Below, piece by piece: positions 14,021 through 26,824 of a stretch of 64,000 nt of DNA. How positions within the stretch are numbered: position 1 is the first letter of the stretch; each line of letters opens with the position of its first letter. The notes beneath the pieces are model-generated. The model did no database searches, was not told the DNA's origin, and saw only the letters and a program-made list of their open reading frames with translations. The DNA is from Eledone cirrhosa. Taxonomy: Eukaryota. The stretch lies in the NCBI GenBank assembly GCA_964016885.1, contig OZ024747.1:70060001-70124000 (forward strand). Direction: 5' to 3'. The position numbers and the translations under genes were made by a program.

Positions 14021-14023
<3 letters not shown>

Positions 14024-14210
14024 TGTTTCTACTTTTGGCACAAGGCCAGCAATTACCCAGTGTATTATTGGTACTTTATTTTATCGATCCTGTAAGGATG
14101 AAAGGCAAAGTTAACCTCGGCGGGATTTGAAATTAGACCGTAAAGGGATGTAACTATGCTAGAAAGCATGGCATCCAACCCTCTACCGATTCTGCCAATT
14201 CACCGCCCTA
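14021..14210 (-). mobile_element. tRNA-derived SINE family 1
   Basis: A-box-like GGCAGAATCGGTAGAG, degenerate B box, central GCCTTTCATCCTTACAGGATCGATAAAATAAAGTACC, and (ATT)n tail. Confidence 0.85.
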
Positions 14211-14216
14211 GGGCGT

Positions 14217-14247
<31 letters not shown>

Positions 14248-14249
<2 letters not shown>

Positions 14250-14500
14250 GTTTCTTTATTCGCCACAAGGGCTAACATGAAGAAAAACATTACAGACAGC
14301 ACGGTACAAAGTGGGTTTTGACCGTGTAAAAAGGTTATAAAAGACAGAAACGTGTAAAATAAATTAAAATTCAAACAACAAAAATTCCCAATAAAGGGGA
14401 AGCCTCCGAGGGTCATTCGTGGTGAAAACCACACAAAATACCATGGCCACCCTGACCACCAGGGCAAGCGCCCTCTCTCAGTTATCCCACTCCTCAGTCT
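14248..14500 (-). mobile_element. Non-LTR retrotransposon 3' end with (ATT)n tail
   Basis: Minus strand ends CCCTTGTGGCGAATAAAGAAACCATTATTATT, with a U-rich UTR upstream. Confidence 0.55.
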
Positions 14501-14877
14501 ACTAATGAAATTATTGTGTACAGTGCTCAGGTGCACTACAACTCATCAAAGGTGCATGTATACTACATAGAATATGATGAAAATACCTCTTTAAATACAC
14601 TTTGATACATTTATTTGTCTTAGAATTAATGTTGACAGTTAATTATACTTATCACAGATAAAAGGAGGAAAAGAAAAAGGAAATAGAAATAACTCTACAA
14701 TAAGAAAGAAAGAGAAAAGCAAAAATAGGATGCAAAACTTACTAAATTCTAAGTGTATTTATTCATTATCCTTATGAAATTATATAAACACTTGAAAATA
14801 AATAAAATGATTTTCAAAGAATGAACAAGAAATGGAATATCAAAAAAAAAAAAAAAATTTACAAAGGAGAAAATAAT

Positions 14878-15288
14878 TGTTTCTACTTTAGGCACAAGGC
14901 CAGCAATTACCCAGTGCATTACTGGTACTTTTATTTTATCGACCCTGTAAGGATGAAAGGCAAAGTCAACCTCGGCGGGATTTGAACTCAGATCGTAAAG
15001 GGACGTAACTCTGCTGGAAAGCATGGTGTCCTACCCTCTACCGATACTGCCAATCCAGGAGAAAATAATGATTTCTAGTATAGGCACAAGGCCAGTAATT
15101 TGGGTGGAGGGGAAAGTTGATTAAATCGACCCCCAGTACGTTACTGGTGTTTTATTTTATTGACCCCGTAAGGATGAAAGGCAAAGTTTACCTCGGCGGG
15201 ATTTGAATTGAAACCGTAAAGGGCAGTAACTCTATGCTGCAAAGCATGGCGTTCAACCCTCTACTGATTCTGCCAATCCACTGCCCTA
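14878..15288 (-). mobile_element. Two tandem SINE family 1 copies (14878-15056 short variant, 15070-15288 long variant)
   Basis: Both carry the A/B boxes and central core. AGGAGAAAATAAT occurs at 14865, 15057 and 15292. Confidence 0.88.
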
Positions 15289-15654
15289 CTAAGGAGAAAA
15301 TAATGATTTGCATGATCAAATCATGAATACTATGTATCAGTAGTGATGGAAATGTGAGGTTGTGGTGGGGGTAGGGGTGCTGGGGGCAAGATGTAGCATT
15401 CTCCTCCTTTTCAGTTTCTATGGAAGGATTCTTATAGCATCTATCTACCCCTTCCTTTTATGCCTTAACATACACCTAGTTTCTTAAACCAACTTCCATC
15501 ATTTTTTTTTATCAGATTGTATTTCTATCTGCTAGAATCTAAATCTATAGAATACACTGCATACATTTCTCCAGCTGAATTAATTTCCTTCAGTTTGGTT
15601 CCACCTTGTTAAAATGTTGACCAAATAATGATACAAAATTGTGGATGTAACAAT

Positions 15655-16030
15655 GCGGTGCCATGGCAGTATCGGTAGAGCTTTGACGCATAGAGTTACA
15701 GTCATTTCCATTCTGAGTTCAAATCCCACCGAGGTTAACTTTACCTTTCATCCTTACGGGGTCGATAAAATAAAGTACCAGGTAATTGCTGGCCTTGTGC
15801 CAAAAGTAGAAACAATTATTTAAGCAATGGGGACTGGCAGTATCGGTAGAGCGTCAGACATCCTGCTTTGGCCCTTTACGTTCTGAGTTCAAAACCCACT
15901 GAGGTTAGCTTCACCTTTCATCCTTATGTGGTCAATCAAATAAGGTACCAGTAATACGCTAGGGTCAATTTAATCGACTTTCCCCTCCTCCAAAATTGTT
16001 AACCTTGTGCCTAACTCAGAAACCATTATT
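15655..16030 (+). mobile_element. Two tandem SINE family 1 copies (15655-15820, 15829-16030)
   Basis: TGGCAGTATCGGTAGAG...GAGTTCAAA...CCTTTCATCCTTA core in both. TTATTTAAGCAAT is duplicated around the second copy. Confidence 0.88.
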
Positions 16031-18084
16031 TAAGCAATCATACAAAACATGAGAAAAAATAAACAAGTAATGGATCTTTAGAGATAATCAGTAGATTTGG
16101 AGGATACTAGTTGTGATTGATATTGATGATGATGTTGATGATGATTGGAGAGAACCAAATTCAGGAAACAAGAGGAATCATTATTGTTGTTGTTGTTTAG
16201 CCTCAGCTGACATATGAATGAAAGCATTCTTTAAGGTGTGGTTTATCTAGGACTACATTTCTATTCACATTTTAAAGTCAATGACATGTGATTTACTGCT
16301 ATTTCTAGCAAGTCTAGCAAGTCACTGGAGTTGAAGATTTGCAAGGAATCTTATAGAAAAAGTTTACAAACCACATGATAATCTATGTTATAAATGAAAC
16401 AGACATTCTAGGTGTTTGTGGACATTATTGAACTGTACTAGCCCTTCATTTTCATATGAAAAGATTTTACCTAAACCAATATTATCATCAAAGTATATGT
16501 CAACTTCCTCATCAACTTTTAAGTAATCCACATGCACGTTGTTCTCTTTCAGTCTTAATTTACTCTATTATCAAGTAAGAGCAGATGTTACTTGGTACTT
16601 TAGCCAGATCACAGCACAGCACCAATGATCAAGTTTGCACAACATTCTTTAGATATTCAATGAATACATTATTTACTCAGCCACTGCAACTTTGCTATAA
16701 TTTAATACTAACAACAGTTTTTCAAAATTAGATGGATTCCATATCAAACATTATGAATAGTAGTTTCATTGAAAGTTATCAGAGTATTTAGAGTGCATTA
16801 AGCATCCAATTTGAAATATCACATGACAATTTATTGCATCATAAGGGGTTTTATATTATTCCACCCCTTAAATTTTCATATTCCTTACTTTTTCTCTTAC
16901 TCATTCAATTTTGTTTCTTTCTTAAATCGAATTATTACATTTCAAGAAATATTTGAAATGGCTTCATTCTCATTTTGCAGCAAATCTATCTTCTTAATGC
17001 ATTTCTTTCATATGTTTCAACTTATCATTGTGTAAACAGTTTATTTCTATAATTCTGAATTGCTGCTTTAAAAGTCTTCTCTTAAAAACATTCATTAGAT
17101 CCACTTGCCAACCACCAATTGTCTCTTTAATCTCTCAACATTTATTCTCCTGTTTCTATCATGAGTTGAAACAGATATAAAGCACAGTAAATAATGCTAA
17201 AGTTCAGATTTGATAGCAACAATTTTGAGGCTGTGGTTCAAACTCTGTGTACACGAACTTAAGCTTTAATCTCTCAAGATTCAATACAATAAGTAGAAAT
17301 TTCACTAAAAAGAGAGGAGTATCAAATTAGCTGTGTTTCATATACCAGTCTAGTAGCTCATTACAGTCAGAATCTTGTTTAACTCTCTATTGTCTCTTTC
17401 AAAAAGGAATTGGCGAAAACGTTTGTTAGAGTAATTGAACACTCTTCATCTAATTAAAGAAATTGAATGTTTTATACCTTGAATAACTGTTGTTGTTTTC
17501 TCTAACTTTTACAGTAGTGGGTTAGTTGACATAGGTTATAGCCAATTTTCCAATATGATAAGAAAGATATGTTCAGTAGAGATAAAACCCACTCAATATA
17601 TATAGATACTTATATGAAGTCAAACAAGAGTAAAGACAAAGTTGACACTAACTGGAAATCAGCATTATGAAACATCATAAAATAACCCAAGTATGTATGT
17701 GTGAATGTGTGTATATACATACACAAATATACAATCAGTATACTAATTACTACAGTTTTCAGCACTCAATGATTTTACATGAATTGGATATTCAAAATTA
17801 AAATGTTTAGATTAACATAACCAACTGTTTGTTTTTGCATAATATGCAGAGTGTTTACATTCAGAGAGAGAGATTGAAGTTTCAGTTCAACATATTCTCT
17901 TCATAATCACATATAATATGTGTTTTGTAAATGACCAACTCAGATCCTTACTTGGTTACCATTTCACTCAAATCTGAGTATTTGTGAAATGCATGTTACA
18001 TGTGATTGCAAATAAAATATGTTCAACTGACATTTAATTTGCTTTCTTTATATATATATATATATCATCATCATCATCCTTTAA

Positions 18085-18526
18085 TATCATGTATACACCA
18101 CCTTCACCTCCATCCCCCTTCCATTCCACTCTGCCACTCACACACGTCCATACACCCACCTTCCGAATGCCCACATACCTCTTCCACCAAAGTTGCCAGC
18201 CCACACTACAAAGTGTTAGGATCATGACATGGCAAAAAGCACCCATCTCACAATTTAAAGTGGTCCTGTAGGTATCATGACAAAAAGCACTCAGTTCACA
18301 CTTTATAGTAGTCATGTAGATGTCACAAAAAAAGCACACAGTACTCACTGTAAATATAATTGGTGTTAGGAAGTGCATCCAGCTGTAGAAACCAAGCCCA
18401 AATCACATCTGTATAAGCAAGAAATGGTCACCTAACCTGGCCTATCTCACAAGAGGACAACTCGTTTTACCCATGCTAGTGTGGAAAATGGACAGTAAAT
18501 GGTGATGATGATGATGAGGAGGAGAA

Positions 18527-18583
<57 letters not shown>

Positions 18584-18885
18584 TCATCATCATCAACATC
18601 ATCACCATTTAACATACATTTTCCACACTAGCATGGGTTAGATGGGTTGTCCTATTTGAGGAAAGTCTAGGTCAGATGACCATATCTTGCTCATACACAA
18701 CCAATGTTGGCGTGGTTTCTACAGCTGGGTGCCCTTCCTAATGCCAACAACATTTACAGCAAGTACTGGGTGCTTTTTGTCATGACACCTACACGACCAC
18801 TTTACAGTGTGGGCTGGGTGATTTATATTTCACCATCATCATAATCTCTTTTTAACATCCATTTTCCACACTAGCATGGGTTAGA
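18085..18885. repeat. Tail-to-tail pair of RTE-B 3' UTR repeats (18085-18515 +, 18582-18885 -) around a (TA)n run
   Basis: Both carry the ACCCATGCTAGTGTGGAAAATG terminus and (GAT)n tails. Confidence 0.75.
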
Positions 18886-19909
18886 ATATATATATATACT
18901 AGTAACATAGACCTTGATTCCCTGGAAAACTTCTATTGATTTGCTTACAGCTTCATTTTAATCCTTTCTGATTCCATAGAAAGTTTCCATCTTTAATCAA
19001 CACATCTTTTATAAATATTAATTGATTAATAATTACAAACTATTTACTCATAATTAATTTTTGAAAGATGTTTTCTAATTGTTAAAGGAGAGTTAAAAAT
19101 GATACAATCATTAATTATTTCTACTAATTATGAAATATTTACAAGCATTACATTGAAAATATTTGACAATTGATTTAATTTAGAATGATTCAAACAAATT
19201 TCAATTATACAGACACAAGATGAGTCAATATAATTTGTGTGCCAGATAAAGCAACAGTTATAGCCAAGTCCTACTGAACTAATGTTGACCCTAATGTATC
19301 TCATTGATATCAGAAGCAATCAGAAAGCAGATGTTATCATTTCTATTATTTTAATTGCAATTATTGCCTCCTATAGTATATTGATGATAATGATGTAGAG
19401 TATGTTAGAATAGACTCACCCAGGCTTTTGATGAATTAACTAAGTGGTTTCATCCATCACCGAATCCTCCTTCTCTCTTTCTTTCAACCTAATGCCCACA
19501 TATTGGACAGTTATGAATACATTTAGAACATTCGCAAAACTTTAGGTCATGTGACAGCTAGTGATAATATCCACTGAAATCATAATCTAAGGGAGTTGGT
19601 CTTAAGATATTTTTCCTGATCCCATACACACAAATTTGTATTTCACAAGCTTCTTTTCACCAATGATCCCTTGAGCTAAATATATTATTTCAGTCACTAA
19701 GATTGATGTGTAGCTAATACAAATAATTATGATCTAACAAAGTATTTATAATTTGGTTATGCATATATACACATTACAGACTTTCTCAGTAATTAAAATT
19801 AAATTAAGTATGTATGTTAGTTTTCTTCTACTTTATTATGTTATGTTAAGAAGATAAATAAAAATAAAATAGTTTATTATGCAGCTCTTTTTGTTGTTAT
19901 TTGAGAAAC

Positions 19910-20130
19910 TTGTGGAAGCTTGAGTTTTAGAGGTTAGGGTGCTAAATTCATGATAATAGGGTCATATTTTCGATTCCTAGACCGGACGGCATGTGTTCTT
20001 GAACAAAATACTTATTTCATTTTGCTCCTCTGCCGGGAGTTGTTACTGATAGATAGGTATCAGTAATAGACAGATCAATGGAAACATTGTTCCCTTGGTC
20101 CAATCTGACAATGTGATAACCTCTGTGTTG
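19910..20130 (+). mobile_element. tRNA-derived SINE family 2 (CORE-like), decayed
   Basis: GGTTAGGGTG...TTCGATTCC...TGTGTTCTTGAACAAAATACTTATTTCA; homologous to 25880-26098. Confidence 0.65.
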
Positions 20131-20884
20131 GTTTCATGAAATGTTTCTACAGATCAATTCTACCTCTACATATTTGCTATATCCCTAATATCACAAGATA
20201 AGTAAGTAACCCCAACACATATAACAAATAGAATAATTTAACCCAACATTAGCATTCAAATTCCTATGATGAAAAGACTTCAATACTCTGCCAAAATAAA
20301 TCTGTTTTTTACAGCACTAAAGACAAAATTTTGTTTTCTGCATAGTTTGTAATGTGATAATATCATCATTATGGTTACTAATAGTTGTTTCTACCTTTGG
20401 CACAAGGCCAGCAATTACCCAGTACATTACTGGTACTTTATTTTATCAACCCCGTAAGGATGAAAGGCAAAATATCCATCAAAAGTAGTTCAATTCTTGA
20501 TATGTCTTCTTATTTAAATGAGAAAATAGTCTCCAGAATATATATAAATAATTCTATATGGTTACTTCCATATTGAACAAATAAATCTTATGATACAACT
20601 AATCATATATTCAATAAAAACAACATTTACATAAATAATTTTTCTTGGACCAATGTTAGATTTCAACTAATATTGAGAGTTAAACTTTTAAGAATGTAAA
20701 CATGTTAATTTTAAATATAGTAATTAATTTTATGTTCAAAGTGTATAACCAAATGTTCAGTGGTGGATTTGGTATCAAAAGTTTCTTATATGAATGGAAA
20801 AGTAACATGTTTCATATATTATTAGAGTCACATGTGTCATACAGAAAAACAAACAACCAACTCCTTTAGATTCATTAAAAACTC

Positions 20885-22590
20885 AGTATTTGTAGTAGAT
20901 TTTCATTCTTGCCATGCAGCACTGAACAGCAAACCTATTAGGTCCTTCTGGCGAGTTAAGTACAGACATGTTGTCTTCAAATTCTAGTTGACTGATCATA
21001 CACCCACCAGTCCTAATACCACTTCCAGCCTGGCTGCACGTCTCAATCCTGTCCATGAAGATCATAAGCAAGAGAGGTTACACTATACACCCTTCACTAA
21101 ATGTGATAACCAAATTGAATGGTTTCAACTTAGCAGTGTTTATCTCAACAAAAACACTAGTGCATTTCTGTAGAGACTTCATGGCAACAGGAAACTGTCC
21201 ATCAATACCATACACCTGCAGAATCTTCCTAGGTCCCATGGAATTCTGTTGTATGCTTTTTCAAGCTCTATGAAAAAGCATACACCTCTTGGCAGTACTC
21301 CCATGATATCTCAAAAACCTGCTGTAGTGTTAATCATTGGTTGGCTTCTGGGGCAAAAACCACCCCCATTCATCAGCTTGCTTGGACTCGACTATATCCT
21401 TAGAGTTGACTTTAGTGGGGAGGTTTAACAAAGAGAACCCTCTACAATTCAAGCAATCTCCCTTGTCTCCCATTGTAAAAATTGGGATTATCTCTCCCAA
21501 TTACTATTGCTTAGGTGCCTTTCCAGAGATCCAGGCCACAGAGTTCACAAGTCAGCCAAAGAATATCTTCCATATTTAATGCTTTTAACATCTCGGCTTT
21601 TAACACCTTGCCACATATGAGCTCTTTAATTGCTCTGGTGACTTTAGGCTCCAAAGGTTAGTAATCACTCCTAGATACACTGCATGTGCATTAGAAGATG
21701 TTGTAACCAGGTCTAGGAGGTCAGCAAAGTATTCTCTTCACCTTGTGAAGATGCACCTCTCTAAAGAAAGAACCCCAGATGAGTTCCTGATAGCAAGCAT
21801 TGAGGGGAACTTATTGAGAATTCAGCAAATGGTCTGCCAAAATATCTTATTTGCTGATATATTGTCAGCTTCCAGCTTAATTCCCAAATCCTCCCTCTAC
21901 TGTCTCTGCTGCAACTTTTTGCACCTGCTTATACTGCTAGTGTGAGAAAGAGGATGTATTTTCAAGCCAAGTTTTGTATGCCTCCTTGTTTGCTTTAACT
22001 TCGTCTTTAACTTCCTGATTGCACAAAGGAATCCCCCTGTCACCCAATGCCACACCAAGCTGCTTTTGCCAACTGCATCCAACAGCTGAAACAGAACCTG
22101 CTGAGCTAAAGTCTCTACTCCATTTCAATGAATTCAGTTTGTTCAGGGTATTCAGTGAATTTGGCTGCAATAGTATCTGCATATCTGATGCTGACCTTAT
22201 CAGACAGCACTTGCCACTTTATCCTGTAGATCAAGCTGGACCTGCTTGTTTTGTGGGTTTTCTTGGCTCTATGTAGACTCAGGTTGCAAATAACTGGTGA
22301 TCACTTGACAGTTCAGCCCTTCTGTTAGCATGAACATCCATCACAGAATCAAAGAGATCAAAGACAATAATAAATTCAATTAATGATCTTGGGCGAACTG
22401 TTCTGCTAGAAAACAGGTCGCAGGATATGTGGCCTTCTGATTTACGAATAAGCAACACCAGACCAACAGTGTTAAAGTATGAGGAGAGATGGAGCAATAA
22501 GTGACACTGTCAGCTCCCATGAAAACTCTCACAAGTATTAGAGATGGGAAACAAAAATATTTCCTATTCATTAGGAGTCCTACCAAATAA
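20885..22590 (-). pseudogene. Decayed RTE LINE (Expander/Rex3-like), APE endonuclease end through RT
   Basis: RSLIEFII...DVHANRRAELSSDHQL (APE SDH motif), NQEVKDEVKANKEAYKTWL and LMIFMDRI...LEFEDN fragments. Many frameshifts. Confidence 0.8.
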
Positions 22591-25500
22591 TTCCTCTTTC
22601 AGTTAGGCAGGAGAAATATCAGTCTCTCAGAGATTATCCATCAGCATCATATTTATTGTTCAAACCTAATGCCTGAGAATCAAAAACATATTCATGCATT
22701 TTACATGATTAGAGTTTACTATGAGTTTATGGGAGGGAATATATAAGAAAATTAATAAGTCAAGGAAACAATTCTGCTCAGAAATCAAAACTGATTTGTT
22801 ACTTCAATTTGTCAGGCTTATAATGACTGTTACAAAAGCTGAAACAGATATTCAATGCTAGATACTAAATCTATTTGCTATGAAATTTGTTTCTTGATTT
22901 GATAGTTATTATATACAAAATACCCTGTATTTGTTGTTTAAGACTTGTAAGGGAATTGAATTTAAATCCATCAGTTGTTTGCCCCATTATTTTTATGTAT
23001 AATATGTTTTGACAGAATATTTTAGATGTGGTAATTGCTGTTTCCTTCATGATTTACTCTTTTTGACATACATTCAGAGCAAGTCTTGGCTTATTACTTT
23101 TCAAGTTAGAGATCAATAATTGAATCTACCCTTGCTTCTATGGTTTGAAGATTGTACACTCAACCTTTTTCATGTAATACCACTTAAAAAGTAATATCAG
23201 TATTGTAAATCTTCTTTACAGTAATCATGTAATAAGTTTCATATCTTGTTATTACATGTAATGCATCACTCTCTGAGAATAATAATCTTTATGTATTGTG
23301 AATGTCATTTTACTTAGTCTCATGATAAATGGTCAGCCGATTTAGTTGAAACTTTTCTGTCAGGTTAACAATTTGTTTCTATAGAAAACTGTTAGATATC
23401 TGCAGGGAAAGAAAAGAGAAGTTGTCAGCACTGTTTATAATTCCTTTGTTGCTGGCTATACAAAACCTTGAATATCAGTTTAACTTTCACTGTTTTTATC
23501 ATGTCATGTGTCAACTAGAAGCAGGTCACAACTCATCTAACATTATAGAGACAATCAGTTAAGCAGAGCTGCCAATAAAACAATGCCAAACATGATAAAT
23601 CTGAAGCTCAAATTTGTCCAACAGATGCATATCAATACAAGAAATATTTTGCAGAAAACTATTTTGTCACTGATTCCTAGGCTTCTCATTTATTTTCTTG
23701 TCTGACTGGATTAAGTTTGGCACTTAGTAGAGACTTAGTATTACATCAGATAAACAAGTTGTATTTTACCACTGTAGAATAAATCAGAACACTAGCTCTT
23801 TGGCTGCTGTGTCATTAATAGATTTGCTGCTGGATTTTATTGCCAATGAAAGCAATCCGTAATATGGCATTTTGACTAAAGACTCCTCAAAATCATACCC
23901 CACACTATGTTTTGTTGTTTCTCATGCCAGTCACATTTCTCTTACTACTGAGTCTAATTAACAATATTTCTTTCCTGTTGTGTTTTTGTATTGTTTTCTT
24001 TTTAATTCCTTGATTCTGTTAAATAAAGCCTATGAATTATGCTTTATTGCTCTGATAGGAAGTGAAATGTCATTTAAAAACAACAAGCTCTTTTTTTTTG
24101 TTGGTAACTCTAAAGCAATAAAGATGCATATTTGTGTGGATACACACACATATATATCTGTACACACATAAATATACATCCATATGCATACAAAGGCACA
24201 CACACAATGATTTCAAAGTTTTGAATGTAGTTTGCCTCATCAAACAGTCCAACAAGGCAAATTATATCAAAAAGTTTGAATTCGATGAGGATCTTTTTCT
24301 TTGTAAAATAAAACCTATTCTTCAATCAAGATGGCCTCTTCTCCATTTCTGCTATAACATCTGATACATGGGACCTCAACTCAATTGAGTGGTCAGTAGA
24401 TCTGATTAAGTACTGTCTCGGTCAGTGATGACCTGTCAACACTATGTCAACATGGAGAAATAGATATTAAATGATTATGATTATAATGATGATGATGATG
24501 ATGATGATGTTGACAGTGATGGTGGTGATCATGATAACTCTTCTTATATATATTGAGTACTTATTTAATTATTCTATATCTAGAGTATAAATGTCACCAT
24601 GAGAAAACTGACATTTCTGCATGAGATTATATTCCCAAATTAGTGTTCATTGATTACAAATTCTTTAAAAAAGTATTTTTAAGAACATAACCACTGGTCC
24701 TTTTATTTTGTAAAGTTTTATTTTGATAGATAATATGTTTGCTATTTTTAGGTTAAATTATAAAATTTGGATATTTTCAATGTTTTTGGTTCCAGATATT
24801 CATTTCAGAATACGATTGAATTAAAAACTCTAAAATTACCTCAACCTTTTCAAAGTCTTCTATACATAATCTCATCAAATTATATTAACTCATTATTCAT
24901 GTTTTCTACTTTGTTCCTTTCTCAGTCTCAAATTAAGCCTAACACTTATTTGTATAAATCTACGTTTTGAGCTGCAGTTAATAGCACGATAGCCTTATGC
25001 TAATAGCGCTTTCCATTTAAATGTTAATATTCATTTATAGTATTGATATATCTATTTCCTAAGTCTATAGAGCTTCCTTGTTTCTACTGAAATCAAACTA
25101 CTAAAAACCAATTTGGTCTATGCAATACAAAAAGTGTGTTTCTAAGAATCCCACAACCGAAGCCAAGGCTATACCAGGAGAATATTATTTTTTCTTTAAA
25201 ATGTAGTGAGTGCAACTATTTCTTACAAATTTTTCTTAGAAGACAATTTTACACAACCCAGTAAATTATAATTTGTTTTTAGATTAAACATTTGAGCAAT
25301 GTTTTATTCATTGATAATAACTTACTGAAACAGAAAAAAGGTTTTACAATTGGATTGCCGTTATCAATTTCTATTAAGTATGGTCAAGGTTGGAATTGAG
25401 AGCCATAATTTTATCCTCCTCTTCCTACTTCTTGGCACACAAACTGAAAATTACAAGCCTGCAGCTACACCACTGAAGCATCTAATAAGTGTAGTATAAT

Positions 25501-25605
25501 TCATCATAAATTGGGGGTAAAATTGAAATAGAATAGCACTTAAGACCTCCATATGAATTAACATTTGTGATGTCATCCAGCTTAAGGTAGCTCACTTATA
25601 TATGT

Positions 25606-26162
25606 GAAGGTATGTGGCTTAGTGGTTAGGGTGTTTGGCTCATGATTACAAGTTTGTGAACTTGATCCCTGTTGCCACATTGTGTCACAGAGCAAGACAC
25701 TTTATTTCACATTTCTGCATTTCATTCAGTTGGCAAAATTAGTGGTTTCTGATTTGAACACAAGGCTAACAATTTTTTGAGGAGGGGAAAGTACATTACT
25801 GGCACTTGGTTTTTTAAATCTATAAGGATGAAAGGCAAAGCTAACCTCAGTGGGATTTGAAATCAGTATGTATAATATGTACAGTTGATTGACTTTCGTC
25901 AAATTGGACCAAGGAAACAATGTTTCCATTGGTCTTTCCAATTGCTAATATTATCTATCAGTCGCAACTCCAGGTAGAAGGAGCAATGCAAAATAAAGTG
26001 CCTTGCCCAAGGACATAACGCATCACCCCGTCTCGGAATCGAACTCACAACCTCACGATTGCGAATTCAATTCTCTAACCACTCAGTCACATGCCTTCAG
26101 TATGTATAGCTTTACCTTTTATCGTTACAGGGTCAATAAAATAAAGTACCAGTAATGCACTG
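25606..26162. mobile_element. SINE cluster: family 2 (+) 25606-25735, family 1 (-) ~25735-25870, family 2 (-) ~25880-26098, family 1 fragment (+) 26108-26162
   Basis: Family 2 shows GTGGCTTAGTGGTTAG A box and GTCCTTGGGCAAGGCACTTTATT CORE-like segment. Family 1 shows CCTTTCATCCTT core. Confidence 0.75.
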
Positions 26163-26539
26163 TGTGTATGTATTTGTCTGTCTCTGTTCCTCTTACTCTA
26201 TTCCTCTCTCTCCCTCAGTACATGTAATTAGAAGGACCAGCTTTGTCACTTACTGAATGAATACTCTAGAAAACAACATTAAGAGTGCACATGTCTGTGG
26301 AATAATCAGCCATTTGCATGTTAATTTCAGGAACAGGCCATTCCTTTGATGTAAATTAACTGAAACATGCATCATCAAAAAGGATGAATCTAACACAAAT
26401 ACATGTAGTATTACTTTAGTTTTAAATATATTATATATATGTACACATACACACACACATATGCATGTGCACGTGCACACACACACAACACACACACACA
26501 CATACACACACACACACACATATATATGATGTGCTCCAT

Positions 26540-26820
26540 CAGCCACTTTTCTAAAAAAAGTATATCATACACAAAACGCCAACATCAACAGTTTTCCAAG
26601 AGATGGCAACATGAATGGACCTGTTATTTTTCTCTAAAAACATTTTTTCCCAATTTCACCCCACCTGTCCCTTTAATCTTTCTAAATTCTCATTCTTTCT
26701 TTTGATGAAGGACTAGCATCTGAAAGGTTAAGACCCTCTTCCTGCTATTTCAAGCATTAACCCAATATATTCCTTCCATATACTATACCGATTGTGTTGT
26801 TATTTCTGTTTAACTTTTAC
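26540..26820 (+). mobile_element. PLE 3' end (decayed endonuclease tail) with minimal hammerhead relic
   Basis: HFS...KRWQHEWTCYFSLKTFFP resembles the R...E...IF.L.T..P end of PLE GIY-YIG domains. Followed by TTGATGA...GAAA at 26702-26725. A second copy lies at 9345-9515. Confidence 0.55.
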
Positions 26821-26824
26821 ATAC

